Shown here one piece after another: positions 37,000 through 48,878 of a stretch of 64,000 bases of DNA; the stretch's first letter is position 1, and every line of letters starts with the position of its first letter. The notes beneath the pieces are model-generated. The model was not told the DNA's origin. It was given only the letters and a program-made list of their open reading frames with translations, and ran no database searches. The position numbers and the translations under genes were made by a program. Source of the stretch: Desulfatiglandales bacterium (lineage in GTDB: Bacteria; Desulfobacterota; DSM-4660; Desulfatiglandales; Desulfatiglandaceae); assembly GCA_963662465.1 (NCBI GenBank), contig OY759599.1, forward strand, positions 2,112,001-2,176,000, given 5' to 3'.

Positions 37000-39900
37000 T
37001 CACCGCAAACGCAAGACACGTACATTTCCATTGCCCCGGTTCATTGTCATGACAGCGGCGTATTCCGATATCTTCTTCAGAAGGTGTGCCTTTTTCAACG
37101 GTTTGGACAGGTAATCGGTACACCCGGCATCCAGACATTTCTGTTTGTCCTCCACGAGGGCATGGGCGGTGAGGGCAATAATTGGAGTCGCATCTTTACC
37201 GTTCTCCCTTTCCCACTTCCGGATCTCCCTGGTTGCGGTGTAGCCGTCCATCACCGGCATCCGCATATCCATCAACACTAGATCCCAAGCCCCGTCAATG
37301 AAGGCATCATAACCCTCCTTACCGTTTTGGACAACCGTTACGGTGTGGGGCGTTCTCTTTAAGTAAGCCTGGACGACGATTTGATTTTCCCTGGCATCTT
37401 CCACCAGGAGAATATTCATGGGAGATGCAAAGGCCGAGTCAGTCTCTTTATCAGGTTCGGCTTCAGCGGAAGGAACTGGGGCTCTGTCCGGTTCCAGATG
37501 CACGGTAAACGAAAAAGTGCTTCCCCTGCCCGGCTCGCTTTCCACCCGGATACGCCCGCCCATCAGTTCGGTAAGACGAGCACTGATGGTGAGTCCCAGG
37601 CCCGTGCCGCCGTAATGGCGTGTTGTGGAGGCATCGGCTTGAGTGAAACTCTCGAATATGGCCTGTTGCTTTTCCTCAGGGATGCCAATGCCCGTATCCC
37701 GAACGGAGAACTGAAGCTCAACTTCTTCCATTTTGGATTTTGGATCTCGTTTTTGAGATGTTTCATGTTCGATGCCACATTCCGCGTTCCGCATGCCGCA
37801 TTCAAGTGTGATTTCCCCTTTTTCGGTAAACTTGAGGGCATTCCCCAAGAGGTTCATCAGGATCTGTCGCAACCGCACCGGATCTCCTACAAAATGTACG
37901 GGTGTTTCCGGGGCGACATGTGAACTGAGTTGGAGTCCCTTTTCATGGGCCGTGACAGCGATCAAATCGCAGGTCTCCTTGATCAGGGTATGCAGATTGA
38001 AACACGTTTTTTCCAGATTCATGCGACCGGCCTCTACTTTCGACAGGTCGAGGATGTCGTTGATGACGTTCAAAAGGGTTTCGCCGGCATGCTGAAAAAC
38101 CCGAACATATTTTCGCTGCTCATCGTTCAGCGGGGATTCCATCAAGAGATCGGCCATGCCTAAAATAGCGTTCATGGGAGTGCGAATCTCATGGCTCATC
38201 GAGGCCAGAAATTCACTCTTGGCTCGGCTGGCGGCCTCCGCGACCCTTCTGTCCCGCAACGCCTGCTCCTTTTCCCATGTTTCCGTGATGTCTACAACGG
38301 AGCCCTCATAACAGGTTACCCGGTCTTCGGCCTCATGAAAGACGGCCCTGGCACTGACAGACACCCAGAGGCTGGTGTTGTCCCGTCTTTGAACCCGTGT
38401 TTCGAACCCCGACACCTGCCCTCTCGAACTGAGTGCGGAAAAAAGGGTTTTCAATGCCTCAGGCTCAACAAAGCAGCGCTGAACAACATCCGGCATTTCC
38501 TCCAGAAGGGCGTCTGGGGAATCGTATCCCAGGATCCTTGCAAAAGACGGATTCGCATTCAGCAGCCGTCCTTTGGGATCAATTCTAAAAATCCCCTCCA
38601 CCGCGTCTTCATACAGTGAGCGGTATCGGGATTCCGATACCTTGAGCCTCGCATAAAACTCCGAATTGGCAAGGGAGATGGCAGCCTGGGAGGAAAGAAG
38701 CCGCAACACCTGTATCCGTTTTGGTGTGAACACGCCGCCGACCTGGTTGTTTTCAAGATAGAGTATCCCAATCAGCCGGTTGCCGTGCATCATCGGGATG
38801 CACAAGAGGGACTTGGGCAGGTGTTCCCGAATATAGTCATCATTTGAAAACAGGTTCTCAGCGGTGGCGTCATCGAGCACCAGGTCTTCCAGGGTCCGGG
38901 CGACGTAGCGCACAACCGCGGGCGACAGGTCCGGGCAGGTTTCCACGGCAACCGGCTCCGTCAGGATATTCAGGCCTGAGTCCGGGACAGACCGGGCTGA
39001 AATGATGAGTTCCTCCCCCTTATTGAGGATCAGAAACCCTTTTTCCGCGCCTGCATTTTCGATGACCAGCACCATAATCTGGCGGAGCAGATTTTTCGTT
39101 TCCATTTCCTTGGAAATGGCTTGCGAACCTTTCATGAGCGTTTCAATATCAATTTGTCGAGACCGGCTTTCCATTGTGGCGGGCAAGGTGGCGCCGGCAG
39201 TGGCTCCCGGCGTCATCTCATCCAGAATTGGGGAGAATGAATCTTCAAGGTCCTGAGCCTTTCGGACTGCACCCCACTCCCGATACAGGGACACGGCCCT
39301 TTTCATATACGGCGCGGCAAACGCATCCCTCCCCCGGTTCGTCCAGAACCTTGCAGCCAGTTCACAACCCAGGGCTTCCTCCTGGAGGTAGCGGTTCTGC
39401 CCGGCCAGGGCAATGGCCTGATCGTAAAAATCCATGGCCTCTTGATCCCTTGATAAGGCCTTCATGCGCTCCGCCTCCACCAGACAATACCGATGGCGGG
39501 TATTCATGGGTCCGTATTCAGACCATTTTTTCATTTTCTTCTGGTTGTTACGGACCTGCTTCAGTGCCTTCCTGTTGGAAACAGGACCCGGGTGTTCCAG
39601 TATGGCCAGGTGCAGCAGAGAATCATAGAAATGGAATATGACAAAAATAAAGGAGCCCCTGGTCGAATAGAGAAACTGAGCGGCAAGCTGTCTGTTTACC
39701 AGGGCCTCTTCATAACGTCCGAACCAGTAGCATAGAAGAAATTTATGGAAAAAGACGTTGAACATCTCTTCAGGATTACCTGTTAAGGGGTCCTCGGGAA
39801 GGAATGCCGCTTCATCAAAATGGGCGCCCGTAAGCACACAGGGGTCAGGGGACTCACCTCTCAGATTCAACACCGTTTGAAGCAGAATATTCTGGGCCGT

Positions 39901-42900
39901 CAGGCTCTGTTGCTGTCCGAACCGAACCAGCACCTCCTGGTATGTGAGGAGTTCCTTCATCAGATCTTCCAAGGGCCGGCCGACACTGAAGGCGCATTTG
40001 CAGAAGAGGTGGGCGGAATGGGCAATAAATTCACCATCCCCGGTTTCAAGACTGTTCTGATAGCTTTCCAGAAACCCTTTCAAGGATTCATCGACGTGTC
40101 TTTTCCAGTGGTGAACAAAACAATGATAGACCACAAGGGTTCTGCTTTTGTATTCCGTGTGGTCCGCCGTGCTCAGAAGCCGCATCGCCACTTGCCCGTA
40201 CTGATACCCCACATCAATTTTCCCTAAAACGCAGCAGTGCGCCAATGCATAGCTGGCATACGAATAAACAGATCCGGGGGCATTCCCGTGCTTTACGGAC
40301 AGGATCAGGGCTTCAAATACAAAGAGGGGGAGCATGTCCGGATCGGACCTGTAGGCGGCAGACCCCGCGGTCAAAAGAATCCGAAGCGCGGCCCTTTTTT
40401 CCGGGTCTGTCATTTCGGGAAGGGCATGGAGATTCTCCGGTCGCTTTCCCATCAATGCCAGTTTGGCCCTCATCAAGCTCAAGATGATCCGAAGCTTATT
40501 GGATCGTTTGGGCAGCCGGATACCCAGGCGCTTTAGAACCGGCAGAGAGGCCCTCACCACGTCATGGTTCTTTTTCCGGGCCTTCAAGGCCTGGAATTCG
40601 GCTTCATAGACCCTTATCCGGTCCAGGAACACCCCGGCATGTTCATGCACCGTTGATCCCAGGTCATCCATGAGCGGGTATTGCCCGCAGACACATGCGG
40701 CTTCAACGGCATTGACATAAAGCCCCAATGCCAGGTCGTATTGGGTCTGCCACGCATCCGATTCCAGGAGTCCCAGGCCTGTGTTGAAAAATCCCAGGGC
40801 TGCATCAAAAGCGCCGGACCGCCTGGCTTTTATGCCGGCTTCCAAATTCAAGCCGGCCGCTTCAAGTCTTTCTTCACTTGAAAGGCTGTCGGACAGGCCT
40901 AGATCCAAGTGATTCACCAGTTCGAAGAGATTCTGCTTCAGGACACCCGATTTTCTTTTCTTCAGCATGAGGGCGCCGATCTGCCAATGCACGGCTTGTT
41001 TTTCAGTATCCGGAATGAGGTCACATGCGGCCTTTTGAATCCGGTCGTGGCAAAAAGCGAATTCAATCGGCAGGGTCTGGTCCGGCATGTGGATATCCAG
41101 TTCCACTGACTTGTAGATATCGCTTATGGGAAAGAGAAGACCCTGGGAAATAGGAGGCGCCAGTATTTCAAGACAGGCCTTGACGGATATTTCACAGAGT
41201 GGCGCCAAAATCCTGAGATCGAACCGGTTCCCGATACAGGCCGCAAATATCAGGGCCTTCCGGGCATTGGATGGAAGACTGCTGATCTTGCCTGCCATCA
41301 ATTCCGCCACATTGTCAGTGGTCCCCATTTTCCGAATTCGGCCAATATCCCAGCGCCAGCAAGCGTTCCGGTCATCAAACCGGAACAATCCTTCCGAATG
41401 GACTGTTTTTAGCAACTCACCGATAAAAAACGGGTTGCCCAGGGTCTTTTCGAGGACAAGACCGGCAAGGTCCCCGGCATCCTTCTCTCCGCAATCCAGA
41501 GTGTTCCTGACAAACCGGCTGACCTGTTTCAATGAAAGGGGCCCAAGCGGTATCCGGGAGATCCCGGCGGACGTATCTTCAATATCCTTCAGGAAAAACC
41601 ACAGGGGATGGCCCTCATGGACTTCATTGTCTCGAAAGGCCCCGATCAGAAGCAAACAGGTTGTTTTGGGGACCAGCATGTGGCGAATCAGGTTCAGGGA
41701 CGCCGGGTCGGCCCATTGCAGGTCGTCTAAGAGGATCACCAGGGGGCGTTCCGGGCGGTTGAAAATCTGTACAAAGCTTTCAAAGACTCGGCTGAAGCGG
41801 CTTCTGGTCTCAGTTGGGTTGATCTCGGGCATCTTCTCCCGAGGACCGATGATCATTTCAATTTCAGGCATCACCTCAGACATAAGCCCGGCATTGGGTC
41901 CCAGGCTGATCCTCAGTCTTTCTTTCCAATGATCCAGATCTTTCTCGCTTTCAGACAAAATCTGCCGGAACAACCCCCTGAATGCCTCAATAATGGCATC
42001 GTAGGGTTTACCCTTCTGAACCTGATCAAACTTGCCGGAAATAAAGTAGGCATTGATGCTGCTCACGTCTTGAGCCAATTCCCGAACCAGCGATGTCTTG
42101 CCGATTCCCGCACCCCCTGTCACCAGCACCACCTGGGGACGACCCTGGGCGGCCTGTTTCAGACTTTCCCGTAACCGGTCAAGTTCCCTGTCTCTGCCGT
42201 AGAGCAGTTCTGAAATCCGGAACCGGTCCGAGATATCCCGTCTTCCTAAAACGAAGGAGGAAACTTTACCCGTTTCTCCCAGTTGCTGAGCGCAGGTCTT
42301 CAGGTCCAGGGCCAGGCCTGTTGCGCTCTGGTAGCGTGCCTTCATATCCTTGGACATCAGTTTCATGACAATGTCGGAAAGAGGAACCGGTATGGCCGGA
42401 TTGAGGTCATGGGGAGGGATGGGTTGGACCGCCAGGTGGCAGTGCAGCAGCGCCATGGGATCTACTCGCTCAAAGGGCAGGCTCCCGGTCAGAAGCTCGT
42501 AGAAGACCACTCCGAGAGAGTAAAAATCGGTACGATAGTCCAAACATTGATTCATGCGGCCGGTCTGCTCAGGGGAGATGTAGGCCAGGGTGTCTGCCAT
42601 GGAACCCGGGGTGTCCGATGTGACGGTTTCAATGGATTTGAGGGTGGAAATTCCGAAACCCGTGATTTTTACCCGACCTGATTCCGGGTGATGGAGAATA
42701 TGGGTCGCGTTGATGCCCTTATGGGTAACTCCCGCGGCGTGAATCGCTCCCAAATATTCTGAAATCATGACGGCAATCGGCAGAAAAACCTTCGGGTCAT
42801 TATACCTGCCGGAAGCCTTCAGCCGGTCCAGGGATTGACCTCCGAAATCCTCCAATATAAGCACATGGCGATTTTTCAGGGTCAGGGTTCCATGGCGTTT

Positions 42901-43110
42901 GATGATGCCGGGAACATTTAACCGATTCAGCGTCGAGAGGATTTTGCATTCCTGTTTATACCGGGTCATCTCTATAATGGAGGGATAAGCGTTTCTCATC
43001 ACCTTGAGGACCACCGGCAGAGCATCCTCGATCCGACCGGCACGCAGGATCAGGGACGTGTCGCTCTCACATATGGTTTCCTTTACGTCATATCCGGGAA
43101 TTGAGATCAT
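37000..43110 (-). CDS. Hybrid sensor: Ser/Thr kinase-like, AAA/STAND ATPase, helical region, GAF, PAS, HisKA/HATPase, REC
   Basis: [55 protein letters not shown] and LMDMRMP. Confidence 0.92.
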   Translation of the reverse strand: MISIPGYDVKETICESDTSLILRAGRIEDALPVVLKVMRNAYPSIIEMTRYKQECKILSTLNRLNVPGIIKRHGTLTLKNRHVLILEDFGGQSLDRLKASGRYNDPKVFLPIAVMISEYLGAIHAAGVTHKGINATHILHHPESGRVKITGFGISTLKSIETVTSDTPGSMADTLAYISPEQTGRMNQCLDYRTDFYSLGVVFYELLTGSLPFERVDPMALLHCHLAVQPIPPHDLNPAIPVPLSDIVMKLMSKDMKARYQSATGLALDLKTCAQQLGETGKVSSFVLGRRDISDRFRISELLYGRDRELDRLRESLKQAAQGRPQVVLVTGGAGIGKTSLVRELAQDVSSINAYFISGKFDQVQKGKPYDAIIEAFRGLFRQILSESEKDLDHWKERLRISLGPNAGLMSEVMPEIEMIIGPREKMPEINPTETRSRFSRVFESFVQIFNRPERPLVILLDDLQWADPASLNLIRHMLVPKTTCLLLIGAFRDNEVHEGHPLWFFLKDIEDTSAGISRIPLGPLSLKQVSRFVRNTLDCGEKDAGDLAGLVLEKTLGNPFFIGELLKTVHSEGLFRFDDRNACWRWDIGRIRKMGTTDNVAELMAGKISSLPSNARKALIFAACIGNRFDLRILAPLCEISVKACLEILAPPISQGLLFPISDIYKSVELDIHMPDQTLPIEFAFCHDRIQKAACDLIPDTEKQAVHWQIGALMLKKRKSGVLKQNLFELVNHLDLGLSDSLSSEERLEAAGLNLEAGIKARRSGAFDAALGFFNTGLGLLESDAWQTQYDLALGLYVNAVEAACVCGQYPLMDDLGSTVHEHAGVFLDRIRVYEAEFQALKARKKNHDVVRASLPVLKRLGIRLPKRSNKLRIILSLMRAKLALMGKRPENLHALPEMTDPEKRAALRILLTAGSAAYRSDPDMLPLFVFEALILSVKHGNAPGSVYSYASYALAHCCVLGKIDVGYQYGQVAMRLLSTADHTEYKSRTLVVYHCFVHHWKRHVDESLKGFLESYQNSLETGDGEFIAHSAHLFCKCAFSVGRPLEDLMKELLTYQEVLVRFGQQQSLTAQNILLQTVLNLRGESPDPCVLTGAHFDEAAFLPEDPLTGNPEEMFNVFFHKFLLCYWFGRYEEALVNRQLAAQFLYSTRGSFIFVIFHFYDSLLHLAILEHPGPVSNRKALKQVRNNQKKMKKWSEYGPMNTRHRYCLVEAERMKALSRDQEAMDFYDQAIALAGQNRYLQEEALGCELAARFWTNRGRDAFAAPYMKRAVSLYREWGAVRKAQDLEDSFSPILDEMTPGATAGATLPATMESRSRQIDIETLMKGSQAISKEMETKNLLRQIMVLVIENAGAEKGFLILNKGEELIISARSVPDSGLNILTEPVAVETCPDLSPAVVRYVARTLEDLVLDDATAENLFSNDDYIREHLPKSLLCIPMMHGNRLIGILYLENNQVGGVFTPKRIQVLRLLSSQAAISLANSEFYARLKVSESRYRSLYEDAVEGIFRIDPKGRLLNANPSFARILGYDSPDALLEEMPDVVQRCFVEPEALKTLFSALSSRGQVSGFETRVQRRDNTSLWVSVSARAVFHEAEDRVTCYEGSVVDITETWEKEQALRDRRVAEAASRAKSEFLASMSHEIRTPMNAILGMADLLMESPLNDEQRKYVRVFQHAGETLLNVINDILDLSKVEAGRMNLEKTCFNLHTLIKETCDLIAVTAHEKGLQLSSHVAPETPVHFVGDPVRLRQILMNLLGNALKFTEKGEITLECGMRNAECGIEHETSQKRDPKSKMEEVELQFSVRDTGIGIPEEKQQAIFESFTQADASTTRHYGGTGLGLTISARLTELMGGRIRVESEPGRGSTFSFTVHLEPDRAPVPSAEAEPDKETDSAFASPMNILLVEDARENQIVVQAYLKRTPHTVTVVQNGKEGYDAFIDGAWDLVLMDMRMPVMDGYTATREIRKWERENGKDATPIIALTAHALVEDKQKCLDAGCTDYLSKPLKKAHLLKKISEYAAVMTMNRGNGNVRVLRLR

Positions 43111-43154
43111 CGGGATAACTCAGACAGTTTATAATGAAATGTTAAATTAAATAT

Positions 43155-45362
43155 TTAGGAATGCCTTGACTTCAGAAGTCGTTTGATCCGTGCCAGCAGC
43201 CTGGCCTTGTGAATCGGTTTCTGAATCCAGTCATCGGCTCCCACATTAAGCGCCTTGATCTCCGTCGCCTCGGTATCCGTTGAAGTCAGCATGATAATGG
43301 GGATGACGCTCAGATGAGAATGGTTTTTGAGCTTCTCGATGAATTCAAGGCCGTTCATTTCAGGCATGTTGTAATCCACCACAATCAAATCCGGGGGATT
43401 TTCAAATATCTTGTTTAGAGCATCTTTCCCATTCACAGCGGAAATCACTTCATAGTATTCGGATTTCAGTATCCTCCCCGCATACCGCCTGATGGCTTCA
43501 TCATCATCCACAATCATGATTTTGTCGCGCCTGATGGCTGAGACATCGGACCGGCGCTCTGATGCCGCACTTCCGTCCTGCTCGGAAGAGACGTTTTGGG
43601 GACCGGGCGTTTGTTTAAGCTCGGTTTTGTTCTCATGCCTGGACGGCAGTGAACCTATGGGAGAGGTATCCGAGGGAGGCGCTGTTCTCATGAGTTCTTC
43701 AAGGGTCGTGATGCCTTGACAGGCCTTTTCGAATCCATCTTCCGTCATGGATGTCATGCCGGCCCGGCGGGCCGCCTGAAGAATCTCCCTGTCAGCGGCC
43801 CCTTCGCTGATCAGAGCGCTGATTTCATCCTTGACCACCAGCAATTCATAGATGCCGAGCCTCCCCTTGTATCCGGTCCCCTGACACCCCACGCACCCTT
43901 TCCCCTTCTTGAACTCATGAAAAGGGCTGCCCCCAAACCGGGAAATCAATGTGGAGTTTACCTCCGTGACGGCGCAGCAGGCGTCATGTATTTTGCGCAC
44001 CAGCCGTTGCGCAACCACACCTTTGAGACTGGCAGCGATCACATAGGGCTCAATGCCGATGTCTTTAAGGCGGATAACGGCCCCCACCGCGTCATTGGTA
44101 TGCAGGGTGCTTAACACCAGGTGCCCCGTCTGGGCGGCCTGAAGGGCGATGGCGGCGGTTTCCAGATCCCGGATCTCTCCGATCATGACCACATTGGGGT
44201 CCTGGCGAAGCAAGGATCGCAGACCTTTTGCAAAGGTCAGCCCTCTCGCCGGGTTCACCTGGACCTGGTTGATCCCGTGAATGGCATATTCGATGGGGTC
44301 TTCAATGGTGACAATATTGATTTCCGGCGATAAAAGACGCTTTAACACCGCATAAAGGGTGGTGGTCTTCCCGCTTCCCGTGGGACCCGTCACGAGAATC
44401 AACCCCTGGGGAATGGACAACAACCGCTCAAATTCCGCCAGATCTCTCTCCCGCATGCCAAGTCCTGAAAGCGCCATGGCGTCCTGGCTTTCGAGTATCC
44501 GTATGACGATCTTTTCCCCATAGAATGTGGGCAGAAGTGATATGCGAAGATCGTAAACATTTTCGCCGATCCTCACCCGTGAACTGCCGTCCTGGGGTTT
44601 TGCCCGAATGGTGATGTCCAGGTTGGCCATGATCTTGATCCGTGAGATCACCGCGGCCTGGGCACTTTTGTCGAACGTCATAATATCCCGCAGCATGCCG
44701 TCGATGCGATACCGCACCGCCACATCCTCTTCCTGCGGCTCGATGTGGATATCGCTGGCCCTTTTCCTGACGGCATTTAAAATAATCCCGTTGGTCAACT
44801 GACGGATGACCCCGCCCTTGGCGGCCTTTTCCAGCTTTTCAGGATTGATATCTCCGGGATCCCGGATCTCCTCGATAACATTGATGAGATCGACCTGGTA
44901 TTCCCCCGTTTCAATTTCATCCATATAATCTTCATCGGGAGGGTAGGAACGGACCAGAACATCCAGGATATCCTGTTCCAAAGCTACGGCCACGCGAATG
45001 CGATGCCCGGAAACAAAGCCCACCTCGTCCATGGCTTCGTAGTCGATGGGGTTGTTCATGGCAACGACAAGCCGGCGGTCTTTCAGCAGAAGGGGAACTA
45101 ATCGTCTTTTATAACAGAGTTTTGCCGGGAGGAGACTGAGTGCCTTCGGATCGGCTTTCTTATTTTTCAGGGTGATCATGGGGATGCCGAGCTGTTTGGA
45201 GAGGGTCTGACAGATATCCAGCTCCGATGCCCACCCCATTTCAATAAAAACTTTCCCGATGCGTTTCCCCGTCCGGTGCGCGATCTTCAAGGCCTTCTGA
45301 ATCTGGTCCTCACTGATCAATCCGGCTTCTTGAAGTATCTCGCCAAGCTTTTTGCGTTTCAT
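43155..45362 (-). CDS. PilB/GspE-family secretion ATPase with N-terminal MshEN and C-terminal REC domains
   Basis: KKLGEIL...KRIGKVF (MshEN), ASDIHIEP, GPTGSGKTTT, LRQDP and TGHLVLSTLH. C-terminal IVDDD, VVDYNMP and IQKP. Confidence 0.9.
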   Translation of the reverse strand: MKRKKLGEILQEAGLISEDQIQKALKIAHRTGKRIGKVFIEMGWASELDICQTLSKQLGIPMITLKNKKADPKALSLLPAKLCYKRRLVPLLLKDRRLVVAMNNPIDYEAMDEVGFVSGHRIRVAVALEQDILDVLVRSYPPDEDYMDEIETGEYQVDLINVIEEIRDPGDINPEKLEKAAKGGVIRQLTNGIILNAVRKRASDIHIEPQEEDVAVRYRIDGMLRDIMTFDKSAQAAVISRIKIMANLDITIRAKPQDGSSRVRIGENVYDLRISLLPTFYGEKIVIRILESQDAMALSGLGMRERDLAEFERLLSIPQGLILVTGPTGSGKTTTLYAVLKRLLSPEINIVTIEDPIEYAIHGINQVQVNPARGLTFAKGLRSLLRQDPNVVMIGEIRDLETAAIALQAAQTGHLVLSTLHTNDAVGAVIRLKDIGIEPYVIAASLKGVVAQRLVRKIHDACCAVTEVNSTLISRFGGSPFHEFKKGKGCVGCQGTGYKGRLGIYELLVVKDEISALISEGAADREILQAARRAGMTSMTEDGFEKACQGITTLEELMRTAPPSDTSPIGSLPSRHENKTELKQTPGPQNVSSEQDGSAASERRSDVSAIRRDKIMIVDDDEAIRRYAGRILKSEYYEVISAVNGKDALNKIFENPPDLIVVDYNMPEMNGLEFIEKLKNHSHLSVIPIIMLTSTDTEATEIKALNVGADDWIQKPIHKARLLARIKRLLKSRHS

Positions 45363-45382
45363 AATAAACTCGTAGACGGCAG

Positions 45383-45688
45383 CTAATCGTAAACCACCTC
45401 TACAGCCCCAATATATTTTAGAAGATCCTTTAATGTTTTTCCGATTTCATCCAGATCCCTTTCTTTCGCCGCCTGTTCAAGGGATTTTCCCATTTCCGAA
45501 ACCGCATCGAACCCGAAGGCCTCTCCGCTTCCTTTCATGCGGTGCCCTGCATCCTCTATGGTTTCAAAGTCTTTATCTCCCATGGCCTTTTCGATGGCTT
45601 CCGTATATTCCTTTACCTGTCCCAAATACCAGGGAATTTCATCAGCAATATCGGGGTCTGCATAGACCACGAGTCTTTCTTCTTCCAT
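45383..45688 (-). CDS. Stand-alone Hpt phosphotransfer protein
   Basis: GHRMKGSGEAFGF; 101 aa; GGAGG Shine-Dalgarno. Confidence 0.88.
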   Translation of the reverse strand: MEEERLVVYADPDIADEIPWYLGQVKEYTEAIEKAMGDKDFETIEDAGHRMKGSGEAFGFDAVSEMGKSLEQAAKERDLDEIGKTLKDLLKYIGAVEVVYD

Positions 45689-45731
45689 CGAATTTACCTC
45701 CTATCGGTTACAGAATCCCCGGACATCCCGA

Positions 45732-45808
45732 ATAACCGTCCATCACCGGCATCCGCAGTCCATCAATATGAGGTCATATTTCCCCAACACAAATTTGTCA
45801 ACGCCGAT
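45732..45808 (-). pseudogene. Frameshifted receiver-domain fragment
   Basis: Manual translation gives GVDKFVLGKYDLILMD, then RMPVMDGY after a 1-nt shift. Confidence 0.55.
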
Positions 45809-46223
45809 TCTTTCATAGATCTCTTTTCGCTGACGCCGAACCTCCCTACCCATAAGTTGACCTTATTGATATCATAAATATTTTCACTTTGACATATAGC
45901 CTTTGACCGGCATATACCCTTATTCAATTGGCCGGTTCAACGTCAGCATGTTCCGGTATTTATAAATAGAGATTATTTTCATTACAACATAACTTCCCAA
46001 GCACTTCTTTTTCAAGATTTGATGGGTAAAAAATACATTCATGAACAATAATGATAACGAAAAAGACGTCTTTTCCCGGTTATTTCCGTTTCCCATTTTT
46101 TAAGTTTAATATCCCGCTTCTCTTCATCGGGATTCATAAAGTGTTTTGAATATTTTTTCAACTGCTGCCGACGGTGCTTGCCGTCTATTGTCAACAATCT
46201 CACAAAACAAGGAGGGATAGGGA

Positions 46224-46871
46224 ATGTCACTGCTTTTTACACAACATTGGGACATGATCAGGGGTAAGGAAGCTGCCTATGAGGAGTACGTCGCTAAAAA
46301 ATTTATTCCGGGATGCGAAGCTCTCGGCCTGAAAGCGGTCGGAGGTTATTACGTACAGGTGGGCCAGGGCCCCAGGATCATTTCCGTCAAGGCGGTTGAA
46401 ACCCTGGAGGAATTCTGCGCCGTACTGGGGAACCCGGAATTCAAGGCGCTGGCCGATGGGTTGAAGGAAGTGGTGAAAAATTATCACAGGACCCTTCTTT
46501 CTCCCACGGGAAGGGTAAAGTCGGAAGATTATAAAATCCAAAAGGGGGTCTGGAAATTCAACCAGTACTATGATCTTCTTCCCGGCGTGCGACAGGGATA
46601 CGCCGATTTCGTGATCAACGAATACATTCCCAACCTGAGCCAACTGGATTATGTGGAAATTACCGGCGGCTGGAACGTTCTGATGGGAGGTATCTGCGAA
46701 ATCATTTCGGAATTTACCTTCAAACATCCCGTGGATATCGGTCAACTGCTGGACAGCGAACAGTTCAGGGAACTCACCTTCAAACTGCGCAGGGATTTCG
46801 CCACCAATTACAAGAGTCGCATTATGCGGACGACGGAACATTTTGATGAACCCAGGTGGTTCAGGCTTTAG
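46224..46871 (+). CDS. Conserved hypothetical protein with an internal duplication (NIPSNAP-like alpha/beta barrel), linked to the pps genes
   Basis: Two similar halves (FTQHWDMIRGKEAAYEEYV / FNQYYDLLPGVRQGYADFV); strong Shine-Dalgarno. Confidence 0.6.
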   Translation: MSLLFTQHWDMIRGKEAAYEEYVAKKFIPGCEALGLKAVGGYYVQVGQGPRIISVKAVETLEEFCAVLGNPEFKALADGLKEVVKNYHRTLLSPTGRVKSEDYKIQKGVWKFNQYYDLLPGVRQGYADFVINEYIPNLSQLDYVEITGGWNVLMGGICEIISEFTFKHPVDIGQLLDSEQFRELTFKLRRDFATNYKSRIMRTTEHFDEPRWFRL

Positions 46872-46945
46872 AGCACTTTCTTATATGTGATGGTTTAATG
46901 AGGTCAACGCGGAAGCACAATAACCATTTAATCAAGGAGGCAGCA

Positions 46946-48784
46946 ATGGCAAAATTTTTAGATCCCCATGATGTTCCTGAAATTCCCGGTACCGAAGGCT
47001 GGGAAAGGATGTATCCCTACCACTATCAGTTTACCACCGATGATCCGGCACGCGCTGAAATGGAAAGCAAACAACTCTGGTATTATGATGGTCTTCACTA
47101 TCCCGAACCCCACTATCCCTTTGACCTCATCTGGGATGAAGCCTGGTTTCTGGCCCTTTCCCAGAATAACACGAGAACCTTCCTGGTGCCGCCGGCCAAC
47201 GGCATCGATCACCGCATCGTCAATGGACGGGTGTACATCACCCCCATCGGAATCGAGAACCCGGAAGAAATCGGAGCGCGCATCCCCGTCTTTTCAAAAC
47301 GGGCCGGTTATTATTATGAAAACTGGGACAGCCTTTATGAAAACTGGAAAGTCAAGGTCAACCAGCTCATCAAAGAACTGGAGGCCGTGGAATTCAAACC
47401 CCTCCCCGAAGTGGAGGACGAGTCCGTTGTTTTCGGGAACACGGGCATCGGCAGCGGCTACCATCTCCTGACCCAGTATGACGAACTGATCCACATGGGC
47501 CTCAAGGTCTGGCAATACCATTTCGAATTCCTGAACCTGGGCTATGCGGCTTACGTCACCTTTATCAACACCGCCAATGCCATCTTTCCCGGAATCCCCA
47601 TTTCCACCCTCACCAAAATGGTATCGGGCATCGATGTGGTCATGTACCGACCCGACGCGGAACTGATTCGGCTGGCGAAGCTGGCCATTGAAAATAAAGT
47701 TCAAGACATCATTTTGAAACCGGGATCAGCCGCACAAGTCATGGCGGAACTTGACAACGGCCCCGAAGGCAAACATTGGCTGGCGGAACTGGAAAAAGCC
47801 CGCTACCCCTGGTTCAATGTCTCCACGGGCACCGGCTGGTATCACCATCACATCTCCTGGAACGACGACCTGGACATCCCCTTTGAAGCACTGCGGATGC
47901 ACATCCAATCCATCCAGGCGGGCAAAAAGGTGGGTCGACCCACGGAAAAACTCATTGAAGAACGGGAAAGAATCATCGCGGAATACAGGGATCTCATCGA
48001 AACCGATGAGGATCGGGAATCCTTCGACCAGACCCTGGCCATCTCCCAGCGAGTATTTCCTTACGTGGAAGATCACCTGTTTTACGTAGAACACTGGTTT
48101 CACACCGTGTTCTGGAACAAGATGCGACAGGTGGGCAATATCCTGACGGAAGCCAAATTTATTGAGGACATCGAGGATATCTGGTACCTGAAACGCGGCG
48201 AGATCCGGGATGCCCTTTGGGATTACGTCACCGCCTGGGCCACCGGCACCATTGCACGAGGACCTTCCTACTGGCCCAAGGAGATCGAGTGGCGGAAAGG
48301 CGTCATGAAAAAATTCCAGGAATGGACTCCGCCGCCAGCCCTGGGCACGCCGCCCGATGTGGTGACGGAACCCTTCAGCATCGTCTTGTGGGGCGTTACC
48401 ACGGATGTGTTGAAAAACTGGCTCAAAGGCGTGGAATCGGCTTCCGGCGCAGGCTCGGATGAACTGATGGGGGCGCCGGGATCCTCGGGCATCGTGGAAG
48501 GAAAAGCCCGCGTCATCAAGGACGTGAAAGAACTGGGTCTCCTTCAGGAAGGGGAAATTCTGGTGGCCACCACCACCTCGCCCAGCTGGGCGCCGGCCTT
48601 TACCAAGATCGGGGGTGCTGTCACGGACGTGGGCGGCGCCATGTGCCATGCCGCCATCGTCTGTCGTGAATACGGTCTACCCACGGTAGTGGGAACCGGC
48701 AGCGGCACCGCTGTTATCAAGACGGGTGATCTCATTCGAATTGACGGGGATGAGGGAAGCGTTCGGATTTTGAAACGGGCCTAA
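46946..48784 (+). CDS. ppsA: Phenylphosphate synthase alpha subunit-like protein (phospho-His carrier)
   Basis: IPGTEGWERMYPYHYQF...YDGLHYPEP is closely similar to the Thauera enzyme as I recall it. PEP-utiliser His motif GAMCHAAIVCREYG. AAGGAGG before ATG 46946. The symbol refers to phenylphosphate synthase, not PEP synthase. Confidence 0.85.
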   Translation: MAKFLDPHDVPEIPGTEGWERMYPYHYQFTTDDPARAEMESKQLWYYDGLHYPEPHYPFDLIWDEAWFLALSQNNTRTFLVPPANGIDHRIVNGRVYITPIGIENPEEIGARIPVFSKRAGYYYENWDSLYENWKVKVNQLIKELEAVEFKPLPEVEDESVVFGNTGIGSGYHLLTQYDELIHMGLKVWQYHFEFLNLGYAAYVTFINTANAIFPGIPISTLTKMVSGIDVVMYRPDAELIRLAKLAIENKVQDIILKPGSAAQVMAELDNGPEGKHWLAELEKARYPWFNVSTGTGWYHHHISWNDDLDIPFEALRMHIQSIQAGKKVGRPTEKLIEERERIIAEYRDLIETDEDRESFDQTLAISQRVFPYVEDHLFYVEHWFHTVFWNKMRQVGNILTEAKFIEDIEDIWYLKRGEIRDALWDYVTAWATGTIARGPSYWPKEIEWRKGVMKKFQEWTPPPALGTPPDVVTEPFSIVLWGVTTDVLKNWLKGVESASGAGSDELMGAPGSSGIVEGKARVIKDVKELGLLQEGEILVATTTSPSWAPAFTKIGGAVTDVGGAMCHAAIVCREYGLPTVVGTGSGTAVIKTGDLIRIDGDEGSVRILKRA

Positions 48785-48793
48785 TGACGGCAA

Positions 48794-48837
48794 GGAAGGA
48801 TGCCCCCCGGGAAATGAATTTCAGGCGGCATCCTTCC
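48794..48837. other. Intergenic stem-loop between ppsA and ppsB
   Basis: GGAAGGATGCC...GGCATCCTTCC forms an 11-bp perfect stem with no U-tract. Confidence 0.55.
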
Positions 48838-48878
48838 CGACTCATGCTGCAACCATCCATGAATATTTTGGAGTGATT

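Noticed and set aside
46160..46185. sigma54 promoter for the pps-like operon
   Set aside because: TTGC is present but the -24 element reads GC rather than the invariant GG.
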